The notes under the pieces: generated by a model
What the model was told of the DNA's origin: nothing
Databases searched by the model: none
What the model saw: the letters and a program-made list of their open reading frames with translations, nothing else
Program-made: the position numbers and the translations under genes
NCBI GenBank assembly: GCA_025201805.1
Contig: MU619322.1
Location: 1-64,000 of the forward strand
Origin: Parasitella parasitica NRRL 2501
Lineage: Eukaryota; Fungi; Mucoromycota
Length of the DNA stretch: 64,000 bases
Reading direction: 5' to 3'
In this document: positions 52,845 to 64,000 of the stretch, piece after piece
How positions within the stretch are numbered: the stretch's first letter is position 1
Layout of the letters: every line of letters begins with the position of its first letter

Positions 52845-54099
52845 TAGCATCCCATACGACCCTTGCTACATATAAATGTAATATCACATTCACACATCAT
52901 TAATTATTCATTGATTACCCACTACTATCGTCTCTCTCTCTCTTTTTTTTTTTTTTTTACAATTATCTATATTGAAACACGACGCATCTCGCATGATCTA
53001 CATAAACAATACTCTTTGAAACTTGAAAATTAACTATTGTCATGATTTCTCAGCCGAAAGACATTGCTATGAATTTATGATGTTAAGAACAAGGTGTCCA
53101 CATTAAGATATGTCAAGTTTTAGTATTCGGAGCTGTGGGAGATTTGTATTCGATCTATCAAAAATGAAAAGCAAAGTGAGGATTGCTTTTGGGGCCATAC
53201 AACATCCCAGGTACGAAAGTATCAAAACTGTTTCTAGAGCTACTTATCTCGTTCATGGCACGCTCTTAAATTGAAAGAAGTAAACAATCACATGATGCAC
53301 TCACGGTCGCTGCATATTATTTTTTAGCAGATCGACTAACAAGGTGATCAGGAGGTGCATGATATATGATAAGTACATCTATGTTGTGTAAAAACCAGTC
53401 AGTAAAATGAATCTGCCAAAGAGTTACGCTTTTAATAGAAATTTATTTTCTGTATGTACCTATATAAATTAACATTATGTGCTGCTATCGTTATAATTTA
53501 CGACTGTAACTAAGGTTTTTACTTTGTGGAGCATGCGGTGTAAATCCTTATTTTACTCACGCACTTTGCTTTAGCTCCTTGGTCTGGCTACAAGCCCTCT
53601 AGCATGTTATTGATATAACATCATACGTTTTTAAAATAAGTCAGAGTTAGTTCAATGCGATAAAAAGTTATTACGATTAGGTTTTTACTGTCAACAAATA
53701 CTGTCGAATTCAGGCACTGGGTTTAACAACTTATTAAAAAGCTATTATTTAACTGTCCAAGCAAATGATGTATACAATTGAAAAAACTAAAATTAGTAAA
53801 GATAAATGACAAAATCAGCGGTTTGCCTGCCGTTGCTGGCCTGTTTTCATGAAAAAATGGCATATTTCGCAGAAAAGTTTCGATATACGCATCTCGTATC
53901 AGTCGAATTCGAAAATGCATATAAGAGAGCCTTAATCGTGGCATTATCAGACAGTTATAAAAAAGGTGGCTTACTTCGTACTTTTACGCAAGGAAACAAG
54001 CATTTATGTGTATTATTCCTATTATTATAGTTAGTAAAACTTTTTGAAAGTGCTTTTCAGTGGTGGAGATTAACGACTTATCAGATAACTATTATTATT

Positions 54100-55380
54100 A
54101 TGGTTTTGTGCTAATAATAACTATATATATATCAATGAAAACAATGATTCGATGTTGTCGCCAAATAGTAACTAAGTTTTCCAAATTAGATCACGATTCT
54201 AGCAGAAATTATGAGCAAATATCTGATATTTATGATAAATGTTGTGCCAGAAAGGCATGAGATTAAGCAATTATTAGATTGTTAATTCTTTGTATACAAT
54301 GACAAGGAATAAGCTACCGTATTAATGTACGATAGAGCATGCAATAAACTTAGTATTACATACCAAGTTCAATGTTTAACCATGATGACAAATAGTGTTA
54401 CAATAGATATAATCTAGTATAAAAAGATGGCATTTTCATATCAATAAAGTCATTAGTTATTATGTCTGATTTTATTTTTATAAAGTTATACATTTTTTTG
54501 AGCAGATTATATTTATATGTCCTCTGGGCACGCATAACAATAAATAATGAAGAATAAAATTGTGTTAGCCGATTACTTTTGATAAACAGGTCGCCCAAGC
54601 GAAATTAAGTTATGCTCAAATAGCGATGATCATGCCTGTTTTTATGGCGTATAAACAGTGATTATTTCCTCTTTATCACAGCAGCCCATCAGCGATTATA
54701 TGCAATTTTGATATGTAAATTTGTGATATCATTTGATAACTTTATAGATATCGATGAAAACATGGAAACCAAAGTTGTTGTTTTCCAAGTTAGATCTCGG
54801 CTCTAAGGTCATTTTAGCACAAGTTATGAGCAAACATCTGACATTTATGATAAATATTGAAAAATAAAACTGTTTTTGCAGATAATTTTTGATAGAGACA
54901 TTGCCCTGTGGGAAGCGAGTTTATGCTCATATAGCGATGGTCATGCCAGTTTTTGTGAAGCATAAAACAGGCTTGATATTGATGTGTCAATTTCGCAACC
55001 GGAAGTCAAACTCAAATAAACTCAACCCTGAACACAATTCAGGGACATAACCCAGTGGACTAAGTGCCTTACTTATAACTCAACATGACATGATCATGGG
55101 CAATAGATACAATCTACTGTTCTATTCTCTAAATCACACCATGTCTCACACTTGTATATTATCCCCCATCAGTCCACTTAGATCCACTAGTATATAAACC
55201 ATCATTTTTTCCATGTAATAAACGAGATCTTTACCTGAATAATTCACAATCGTTTTATTTGAAAAATTTCTCATTCTGACAAATCAGATGTTACTCTGTA
55301 TTGTAGCGATTATTTAGATTATTGCTTATTATAAAAAATCTCTGCTGTTTCTGCGGATAACTTTATTTATGTCGATATTT
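54100..55380 (+). repeat. Degenerate ~310-bp tandem repeat array interrupted by a solo LTR
   Basis: Block GATA..GCCC..TTATGCTCA.ATAGCGATG.TCATGCC at 54581 and 54891 (310 apart); block ATGAGCAAAYATCTGAYATTTATGATAAAT at 54211 and 54826; block ATAACT.TAT..TC.AT near 54117, 54736 and 55357. Confidence 0.65.
54985..55286 (+). mobile_element. Solo LTR (302 bp) with target-site duplication
   Basis: TG...CA termini flanked by direct repeats GATG (54981-54984 and 55287-55290); internal TATATAAA and AATAAA; no adjacent PBS or PPT; homologous to 1-209. Confidence 0.8.
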
Positions 55381-56655
55381 TCATTTTATAAGAACCAATT
55401 GGTAAAATAGCACTTATATTTTGGAATGTTTTGTTAATCTGACAATTTTGTTGTTTGACTGCAAAATGACATACATGATCTGATAGCAATATTGATTAAA
55501 TAAACAACTTCCATCAATCAGTCAAACACTTGATTTTATACCTGGTAAGTTAATAATTTTGTTTTTTTCTCGTGTTTACCATACAATTCATCTTTGCTGT
55601 TGTACTGTTTTCAAGACAACCTGGCACAACTACATTTATTCTGTTCATAAAGACACAATCTGAATGAGTTCTTCTGCTGTGATTCTTCTCTCTTCCCATG
55701 AACGGCGTATAGTGGAGACCTCTTTTTGGATCTCTTTTATGAGAATTACAAAACCTTAAAACAATGAGCAATAAAATAACATACCCCTTTTAATAGTTGT
55801 ATTTTTTTTTTTTAGTTGATCTGCTAAGCATCTATTGCTGTTTTGACCATAAACTAACTCGTAACTTGACAAGTGCTGAAACTGTGGGGGTAAATACCTA
55901 ATTATTTAAGGAGTGTTTGATAATGTAAACCAACTCTACACTTATCGTAATAAACCTACGGCATATATATTCCGGATAAAAAGTGAAGATACAGAATGGC
56001 CGAAACCTTAGAATATCACGATAAAGCTATTGACAAATTAGGGTTATATGAATGAGAGTTTAGATCATAAAGTTGAGTTCTTGTCAGTAAGTATGGCCCA
56101 GGCAGTTTTACTAGCGTAATATTTGGTTTCTAAAAGGCAACGATATCATAGATTATTCCTTGTCATTGTGCGCAAAGGCTTACCAATCAAGCAAGGATTT
56201 TCTTAATCTCAAATCTTCCTGATGACACAATGAGCCAAATGCTAAATACTATTTCCTCTCATAAGTCTACCAAACCATCACATCTGCCAATTTTTGCTAG
56301 TTGAGGAGTGTAAATAAGAATATTACGCATAGTACTGAAATGCTAATAGGAAGAGCAATCTTCCTGTATTACTTGATTGTTTCTAGAAATAACAAGCATC
56401 ACTCATATAGCAACATATCATCCCAGCCAAAAAATTGTTTTAACTTTCTCCCCTTGTCCTTTCAACCAAGTCGTTCTTATTCCAATGTAATTGGCTTTAT
56501 AGGCAACGGTACTAACAGCGACTCTAAAGAAAGCTCATCGCTAAAGTTTGACTTGAACGGGGCTCTTAATTTTGGTTGTGTCGTGTTTTCTTTTTTCTTC
56601 TCTAAATAAAACATTTCTTGTCATTTCGAAAAATAGGTGCTCCACACGCTTCACC

Positions 56656-59600
56656 ATGGTATGCTGATGGGATGATATCTCATAATCAGTACCAAAGCTG
56701 ACATCTATTTGATAGAGCAATTGGAATACGCTTAATAATGGATTAACAGCCTCTGTCAAAGATGCTGTAGAGCTACAAGTAGGCTAATTAAAAGAAAATA
56801 AACCTGCGTATATGTTTTAATATTATACCAGGTTGAGAGGCTATTAGAAACATATCAAAATACGCTCAAGCTGCAACATAAAGGTCAATTTCAATTAGCT
56901 AAACAAAAGTACGAAGAACTAGTATCACATCATCTTGTCAAGAAGGAACCGAAACCTGTAAAAGCTGGACATTATCATGCACACGCACACCTAATTAACA
57001 TGTACGTTTTATAGAAAAAAAAGTTTTCAGCAGGAGGATCAACCAGCAAGAACAATATCAGCAGCAGCAGCAGCAGCAGCGTTAGTGAAGGCAATAAAAA
57101 TGGCGATCGTGTTGAAGAATCTCCCTTATCTACACTTCGCTTTTTAGTGTTCAAAAATTATGCATCTATTCTTAAAGACGAATACATGGTAGATCCGCAA
57201 GGCAACAAAGCGACAGCAGACAAAGCACTTTTCAATTACCTTCAAGCAGTAGAGATTGACCCAACGGATTACTCACTATGGTACTTTATTGGATATCTTT
57301 CCCAAAACCTACACAAGCTTCGATTTGCCAGACTCGCTTATGAAACTGGATTTTACATGTCTGATCAGGAACGAGCATTAAAGCTACCAACTGTGCGACC
57401 CAACGATGCAATGCGAATTATTAACAGTGGAAACTTTACAGTGATGCAGTGGAGATGCTTTGAAAATTTGTGTCAGGTTTTATACGATATTGGAGACTAT
57501 CGATTATGCAGTTTTTACGTGGATATTGCATTGAAACGACACCCCAGTTGGGAAGCAGGCTTGCGATTAAAGATCTGCGTGAACAATGGAGAGGAGCGAG
57601 CACCAAATATTGAAGCTTCTACAGCAGACATGCATACAGATCAAATTGATACGAATCCTGTCAAGATTACTATCAAGGAATCAGATTGGACACTGTTGAT
57701 AAAATCACTCTTGAATGAACATAAACGCTTAGCTTTTCAAGATAGTAGCTCAAAAAAAGTGGCCAGTGACGACAAAGCAGACAAGGGAAAGACTGACGCC
57801 TTATTTATAAGTCATGCTGTCCAAATACATGTTGAAAAAGACGAAGAAGCAGAAGAAGAGAAAGAGACCAAAGATCACGCAGACCAAACACAGGCGTCAG
57901 ACACAGCAATACCTGCGGAATCAATAATCCAGGATCCCGTATTACCCAAAGAGCCAATTGTTGTGTTAGAAAAACCAAATAGCGAAAATGCAACGGATAT
58001 CGATTCTTTCCTAGGATTCAAGCAGCCTAAAGTTGTTGTAAAAAGGTCTGGTAGTCTTGATTCTTCTTTGATCAGCGAACCCAAAGCGGCTATAAAGACC
58101 CCTGATACTCAAACAACCGCAGCTGCTTTGGAAGAGTTTAACAATGCTGAATCGAAAATAGTAGAATCAGCGGTGGATGCAACTCACCAAGACCAGCAAT
58201 CTAATGCACCCGTATCCTTAATCATAATAGAAGACGAAGATGATGACGAGACGGCTTGTTCAACGGTACCTGAACAAAGGCCTCTATCGATTCCTGATCT
58301 AATAGCGCAGACAGTTGTTCCAATGCCATTACTGTCGCTAGTCTCAAACCCCACCACGAGTGAAAACGATATCACAAATGACGTTGAAATGAGAGAAGCC
58401 AACTCAAATACGTTGAAACGTAAAAGAGATGACATTGATGATGGCGGTGAAACTGTAGCATCTCAAACAGACAAAACCCCTGAAAATAGCAACGATGAGG
58501 AGGAAGAAGACGAAGCGGAGGAGAAGAGACTGTCCCTCAGGTAACAGCCGTATTTGGATAATTTATCTAAATATAAACTAAACTTCGTTGTCAGAGCGTC
58601 CAAACGGCAGCGCGAAAAGATTGCCAATGAAGAAACATCTCGTCTCAAGATGCTCGATGAGGAGAAGCTCTTCAGCGACAAAGTGCAAGGCTTTTATACC
58701 CAGGTTGAACAGATTGCTCAATTGCATCGCAAATTGCCATGGTTTGACGGCACCATAGACCCGTTTTGGGATTGGTTTGACAGCAAAATATCGGAATTAG
58801 ATAGCATTTACTGTTGGGATATTGATACCGCTAACAACACCATGTGAGTTTGTCAGAGTTTTGCTTTATTTCAGGGGTAAATTGGCTCATAAATTTTTGG
58901 CTATTAGCTTTTCTGACTCAAACATTGTGATCGGCGACAACAGTGCTGTTGGTAAAAGCCTACAATTGTTCACTACATTGAGACCCTGTAACGATAATGG
59001 AAACTTTGAGACCAAAAGCAAGACGACTATCAGGCAATTGATTACAGAGCTCAATTCAAATAACTCTGGCATCATCGATAGCCTGTGTAAATTGATTATG
59101 ACAATCGTATCTCATGATTTGAACACGCAAGACCAAATGATTATGAGTACCGACATGTTGGAGCTAGTGACAGACACAGTAAACCAAATGCAATCGAATC
59201 TAATCCAAGACATTCTGTCCAATGCAGCGCTGTCTCAGCAACAACGTGTATTTGTAAGTAATGTGCTGGCGATGTACAGAGGCGAATCTGACACAAAAAG
59301 GTAGATATTCTTGCGTATCAGCGAGTATGCAATTGACCATCTGATCCGAAAAACAATCACTACATTGGATGAGGTGTCTGCAACTACAGCAAATGCCAGC
59401 AAGAAAAGAATGTCTATTTCACTAGCAAAACAGGCCAAGCTCAAGACATTGAACAGCTTGATTGAACAGTCAACTTTTTGGATCCATCTTGTCGAACAGA
59501 GCATCTTTTCCTTATCCTTGGATCGCTTTTGCACAAGCGAAACGTTTGTTACAGCAGAGGACGAGCACCAAATCCAACTACGCTACTGCGTTTTAAAAGG

Positions 59601-62600
59601 GAAGCTATCTCAATGCAGCAATGACATTGAAAATGCGTATGCTTGGTATGACAAATGCAAAACACTGCTGGACGAACATCCTGCTACCGAAATTGATGTT
59701 GGAAGCATGTACGATTCATTTATTAGCCGTGCCAGTATCGACAAGAAAATCGAGCTCTTGCAAGTTGGAAAACTTTTCGTTACTGCCAAACAAAAGATGA
59801 AGGACGATGATTACGAGGGCGTAATTCAGGATCTCCAAGACGTTGTCCAGCCCAAGTTGATAAAGGAGGAACCGATCGATTCAGACGAGAGCGTACAGAT
59901 GATCACTGTGCTGGCCGAGGCATATTACAACAATCGACGATATCTGGATGCATGGAATTGCTATATGCGTTTGATTTGTTGTGCTGTGAAACAATTGGTT
60001 GATTATGGCAAGGCACAAATGCTTGTGCCTGCATTTTCCCGGCCGAGCAGGAATGAGGATGTTGAATTCACAAGCATGTTGGCCCGCATTAGTGGCATTT
60101 TGGATGCATTAGTCAAGCTGGTTGACCAAGAGGTATATGAAGAATGGTTGCCCCTTGCCGAAACCCAGGATCTTATGGATACCCTTTCAGTCCTACTGAG
60201 AATGTCCATTTACTACATTTTCAGACACCCGGATTTTGTGCCCATCGTCAACAATTTTACCAATCCTGACGTCCCACCTCATGCCCCATCCAAAATCACC
60301 AAAATGAACGGGTTTAATGACATTCTGATCAAGTCGTGGGTGCTCCAGTCTAGTTTGTTGCAGTACACGCTCAAGCTGAACAAGGACAGTGTCGCCAATA
60401 ATGCTCTGATTATGTGGGGCGAGCTATTGCAGCAACTGCACGATGAGCTCGGCGAGAGAGAAGTGTGCGGCGCTGCCAAAACTATCTTTGTCCAGCATCT
60501 CATGCGTACGCTTGGCAAAGCCGACAGCACCGTATTCAGAAGAGAGATATACCAATGCTACCATTGTTTATACGGGGTCCATCTTGCAGTAAGTATCCTT
60601 GTTTCCATGATGCATTATAAGCCAACACAAACAACTAGGCCGAGTCAGGTTCAATCGAGGAGCACCACTGCATACATAACAGTCTGGGTCGCAAGGCTGC
60701 TGAACCGCTCTTTGCTCTTGTAGCTGATGCAGCGATTGAAAAGCTAAAGGGTGGTTCACTGCTTAAAAATGACCTCAAGGACGTGGTCGAGACCGTTTCG
60801 AGTTTGTTTGAAGATTTAAACACTAAAACACATATTCAATTGAAGAACAACGAAGGAATAATTCAGACCTATCTCAACGGCAAATTGGAGATGTATTCAT
60901 CGCTGGATACGATGCTCAGAACTGCCATCTTACCAACTGTCGATATTGATCCCAGGAAAATAGATGTATCGCCAGTGCTATTCTCTATCTTTTACATTCG
61001 AGGCAAAACATTGAGGCTGCAAATTAAGAATAGGGCCAAAACTACGAATGACAGGAACATGATTGATTTGGAAAAGGCTGTCGAGGAGTTTACAGTAAGT
61101 GTATACATGATGCATTTTGCGTTTAAAAGGCTAATTGATGGCCTAGTCTCATATTATTTTGAATCCAAACGATGCTGATGGTTGGTGCGAGCTTGGTGTC
61201 TGTTATCAACTACTGGCTGCCGAAGAGTTGAACTGGAATGCATCTAATATCATAGAACATAACGATGTTATCTGTGGGTACCAACGGGTACGTGCCATAA
61301 ATGTAGCATATCGATGATTCTAGGCTAACTGTAGACCAACAGAAATCGTTTCATGCGTTTACTCGAGGTCTGTATTTACGCAATTTACCCTCAAAGGATG
61401 CAGCAAAGAACGAACTGTTTTCTGATTTCGGTAATCTCGTGTATTCTATTGCATCTCCTCCCATGAATATGGAAGCATTTAAGTTTACAGGCATAAGAAA
61501 GACATTAGGGCCGGACGGGAAACTAGCTGATGCACAAACAAAGATACCCCCCTTGAAATCAGCATACAGACTTGCCATGGTTCTATACAATCATGCAATC
61601 CAGTACAAGACCGCCGATAGATTTGGATGGAGGTCAGTGCACGCTTGTCGATCCTATGCATTGCTAACCACTTAAAATAGATGTTACTACATGGCTGGAA
61701 AATGTCTCGCTAAAATTGGCAGGCCACCCACAGTAAGTTTTTAAAAAAAAAGCAATGTCTTGTTCCTGATATACGAACATCTATTCCGTTTAGGAGGTAC
61801 TTCATTGGTACTTGCAAGCTATTTGCAGGACAAAGCCAAAGAACGGAAGACACGATCATGTATTAGAGCCTATTTACATATTTTACTCTGCCCTCGTCAA
61901 ATTCCTGTATCAAGGCCAAATCGATTCGAAGACTGCGTTGGATTTTCTATTCAAGGAAAAATCGCTGCAGGGGCCTGAAGAGAAAGATGTAGAGGTTGTT
62001 CACGTCGGCAATCATGCTGACGGTGTCACCGCTGTCGTGCAGGAACAACGGCCCGTCTCTGCAACAGATAAAGTCCTGAATGATTTGAAGCAACACTCTG
62101 CGCATTTACCCGTAGACACAGCTAATGCGTACAATGCAATCTTTAAGCGTATCACTGACATTCGAACAGCCGACAGCAAAGGGTGGCATCATCGCCCCAT
62201 TTATAGAGTATGCGCAAACAAGACAAAGCAGGATGTGAGGTTTTACTAATATGATGATGGCGTAGATTGCTTGGATGTATTACCATGTATACCATCAAAC
62301 CGAAGAAGCCAAGTCGGAACTGCTCAATCTTTTCTCGCTCAAAGGAAACAGCAAGTACCATGTCAATATTTGGAAGCACGGTTTTGAATTGTAAGTGTGG
62401 TGTGCCGCTCTGTTTCAACAAGTCATAGTCATGCATACAAAACGTCTCGTTCATATAGGCCCGGAAAGCACTATGTCTATGCGAAAAAATACACATTGTT
62501 TTTAATCCAGCTTGCAGAAGAATCTAATGATTCTCAGACGCTGAAAAATCTGTACCGAAAACTGAAGAAAGCAAAGCAGTTGATCATGAACGAAAAACAA

Positions 62601-63109
62601 GACTTTCGCAAAGCATATCGTGCTTTTCTACAGGTGAAAACGGATGCGCGCCAGAATGACAAATGTATTTATCAAGCTCTCTAAAATAGATTACCAAAGT
62701 TCATCTCGTAAGCATTTATCATGCAGAAAGTGTTTTGGAACGAATTAGAAACGCGCGATTAGACAAACTGAAATTTGAGGCAATCTGCAGCACATTTGTC
62801 AAAGCCCTGAGTGAAGATAAATCATTAACCGATCCCGAATTGTACGCTATCATCCAGGACTTGGCTGAATTGAGGCGGTTGACCCATCTTTTTATATCAG
62901 TAACTGATTCCGATGATGATGGTTTGGACGATGCTATTCAAATGTGCTTTGCTGTGGTAGCATTTGGTGGAGACGACATGAGCGCAAAGTTAAACGAGGA
63001 GAGCAACATGCAACTGGACGAAAATAATGGTCAAATACTACTAGAAACGCTCTCCACTCAAGCAAAGATATTGATGCAAAACACAACAACCACTTCCAAG
63101 ATGGCCTAA
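56656..63109 (+). CDS. HIR3: Hir3/Cabin1-like TPR subunit of the HIR histone chaperone complex (many exons)
   Basis: M|SNWNTLN..ELQ|VERLLETYQNTLKLQ; LRFLVFKNY; AVEIDPTDYSLW..LRFARLAYE; LHDELGEREVCG; QCYHCLYG; LEPIY..YS.LVK; KGWHHRPIYR; VNIWK..RPGKHYVY. Confidence 0.88.
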
Positions 63110-64000
63110 AAACCTTAATTACCCTATTTTTCTTGCTTAATAGATCAAATAAGATGGTTGATCGCCATTTATAGCCACTGGAAGAAAGCGGTTTCCAGTC
63201 TTTTCCAGCTATCACATAACCTAAATGATCTATAGAAAAATGACTACTAGTACGCTATATTTAACATGCCCTTACCAAGCACTGGTTAACGAAATCTACG
63301 TCCCCCAGTTCATAAAGTAGTACGACATGTTGTTAAATATAGCTCATTTTGATATTCATTTTGGCTACCTTGTTTAAGCGTTATTGTTATTTACGACATG
63401 TTGTAATAATCGTATGTGTGTTCCACTTTGTTTTAAACTTACTTTTTTTTTTTTTTCTAATCTGCCAAGGTGGAATTATTGTGGTCCCATATTCATTAAA
63501 GAGAAATCATAGACGCAGATAACGTTTTGAGATGGAGAAAGACATGTACTTTTTGAAAAAAAGAAAAGGGCATTTGCAAGAAATATTATTGAACATGAGC
63601 TACTCTTTCCCTGACCTGACCAAACCATCATCTCGGCGAGTTGGGGTATAGGCCAAGTTTTGCTGGTTTGAATCATATTATTTATTATATTCCATGTGTG
63701 ATATTCAGGGATCGTGATTTGACATGCCACTTGATATTTTTCAGTTTAGGATTAATAGTGTTCAAACAGGGGTGAGATCGCAAGCGAAACCTTTATTTGT
63801 AGACAAAAAGCGTTGACAGGTCGACTGGCTACACACACAAACAAAGATGCTACGCTTGGATCAAGTGCATTTTCTATTCGCTGATTCAGGCATGCCCTTC
63901 TGTCCCTCTCCAGAAACATTCAGGTTCTATTTTTGGAATGGAGAACCCGCTTGCTTGTCAAACAAATTCTAGTATAAAAAGCTCCAGCATTGCACTGATT

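Noticed and set aside
52850-56600. Possible centromere in the AT-rich gene-free gap
   Set aside because: Only ~3.8 kb, flanked by ordinary genes, with no LINE-like ORFs; nothing positive supports it.
63110-64000. Possible ncRNA or gene after HIR3 (repeated TACGACATGTTGT, 84-aa ORF)
   Set aside because: No tRNA/snRNA/snoRNA hallmark or coding signal that I can support by eye.

Overview
Gene-dense, intron-rich, AT-rich fungal genomic DNA. The short ~50-70 nt GT-AG introns with CTAAC-like branch points and the protein sequences look like Mucorales (Mucoromycota); this taxonomic call is inference. I can reconstruct 23 protein-coding genes by hand-splicing: Las17/WASP, Chs4/Skt5-like SEL1 protein, Slt2-like MAPK, IQGAP, PP2A scaffold, a secreted Ser/Ala-rich orphan, ABHD4/5-type hydrolase, mitochondrial carrier, forkhead TF, bZIP TF, acetylpolyamine amidohydrolase-like deacetylase, peroxisomal 4CL-like ligase, Mix23, ATP1, a TBL/PC-esterase, an ArAE/FUSC-like transporter, cysteine synthase, Rpr2, Snx4, Atg22, a SWIRM protein, a GT62 Mnn9/Anp1-family protein and Hir3. 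Mobile and repeat DNA: a decayed Helitron 3' end (~25.3-25.8 kb), two related LTRs (1-209, and a complete solo LTR at 54985-55286 with a TSD) and a degenerate ~310-bp tandem repeat into which the solo LTR is inserted. I see no tRNA, rRNA or CRISPR array, and no unambiguous new multi-gene system. Best leads: a MAPK with a T-H-Y activation loop inside a run of cell-wall/cytokinesis genes, a plant-like TBL O-acetyltransferase, a bacterial-type polyamine deacetylase, a possible Kex2-processed secreted precursor, and the LTR/310-bp repeat association. Gene spans are first to last coding base. Exon models were made by eye and are not verified by RNA data.
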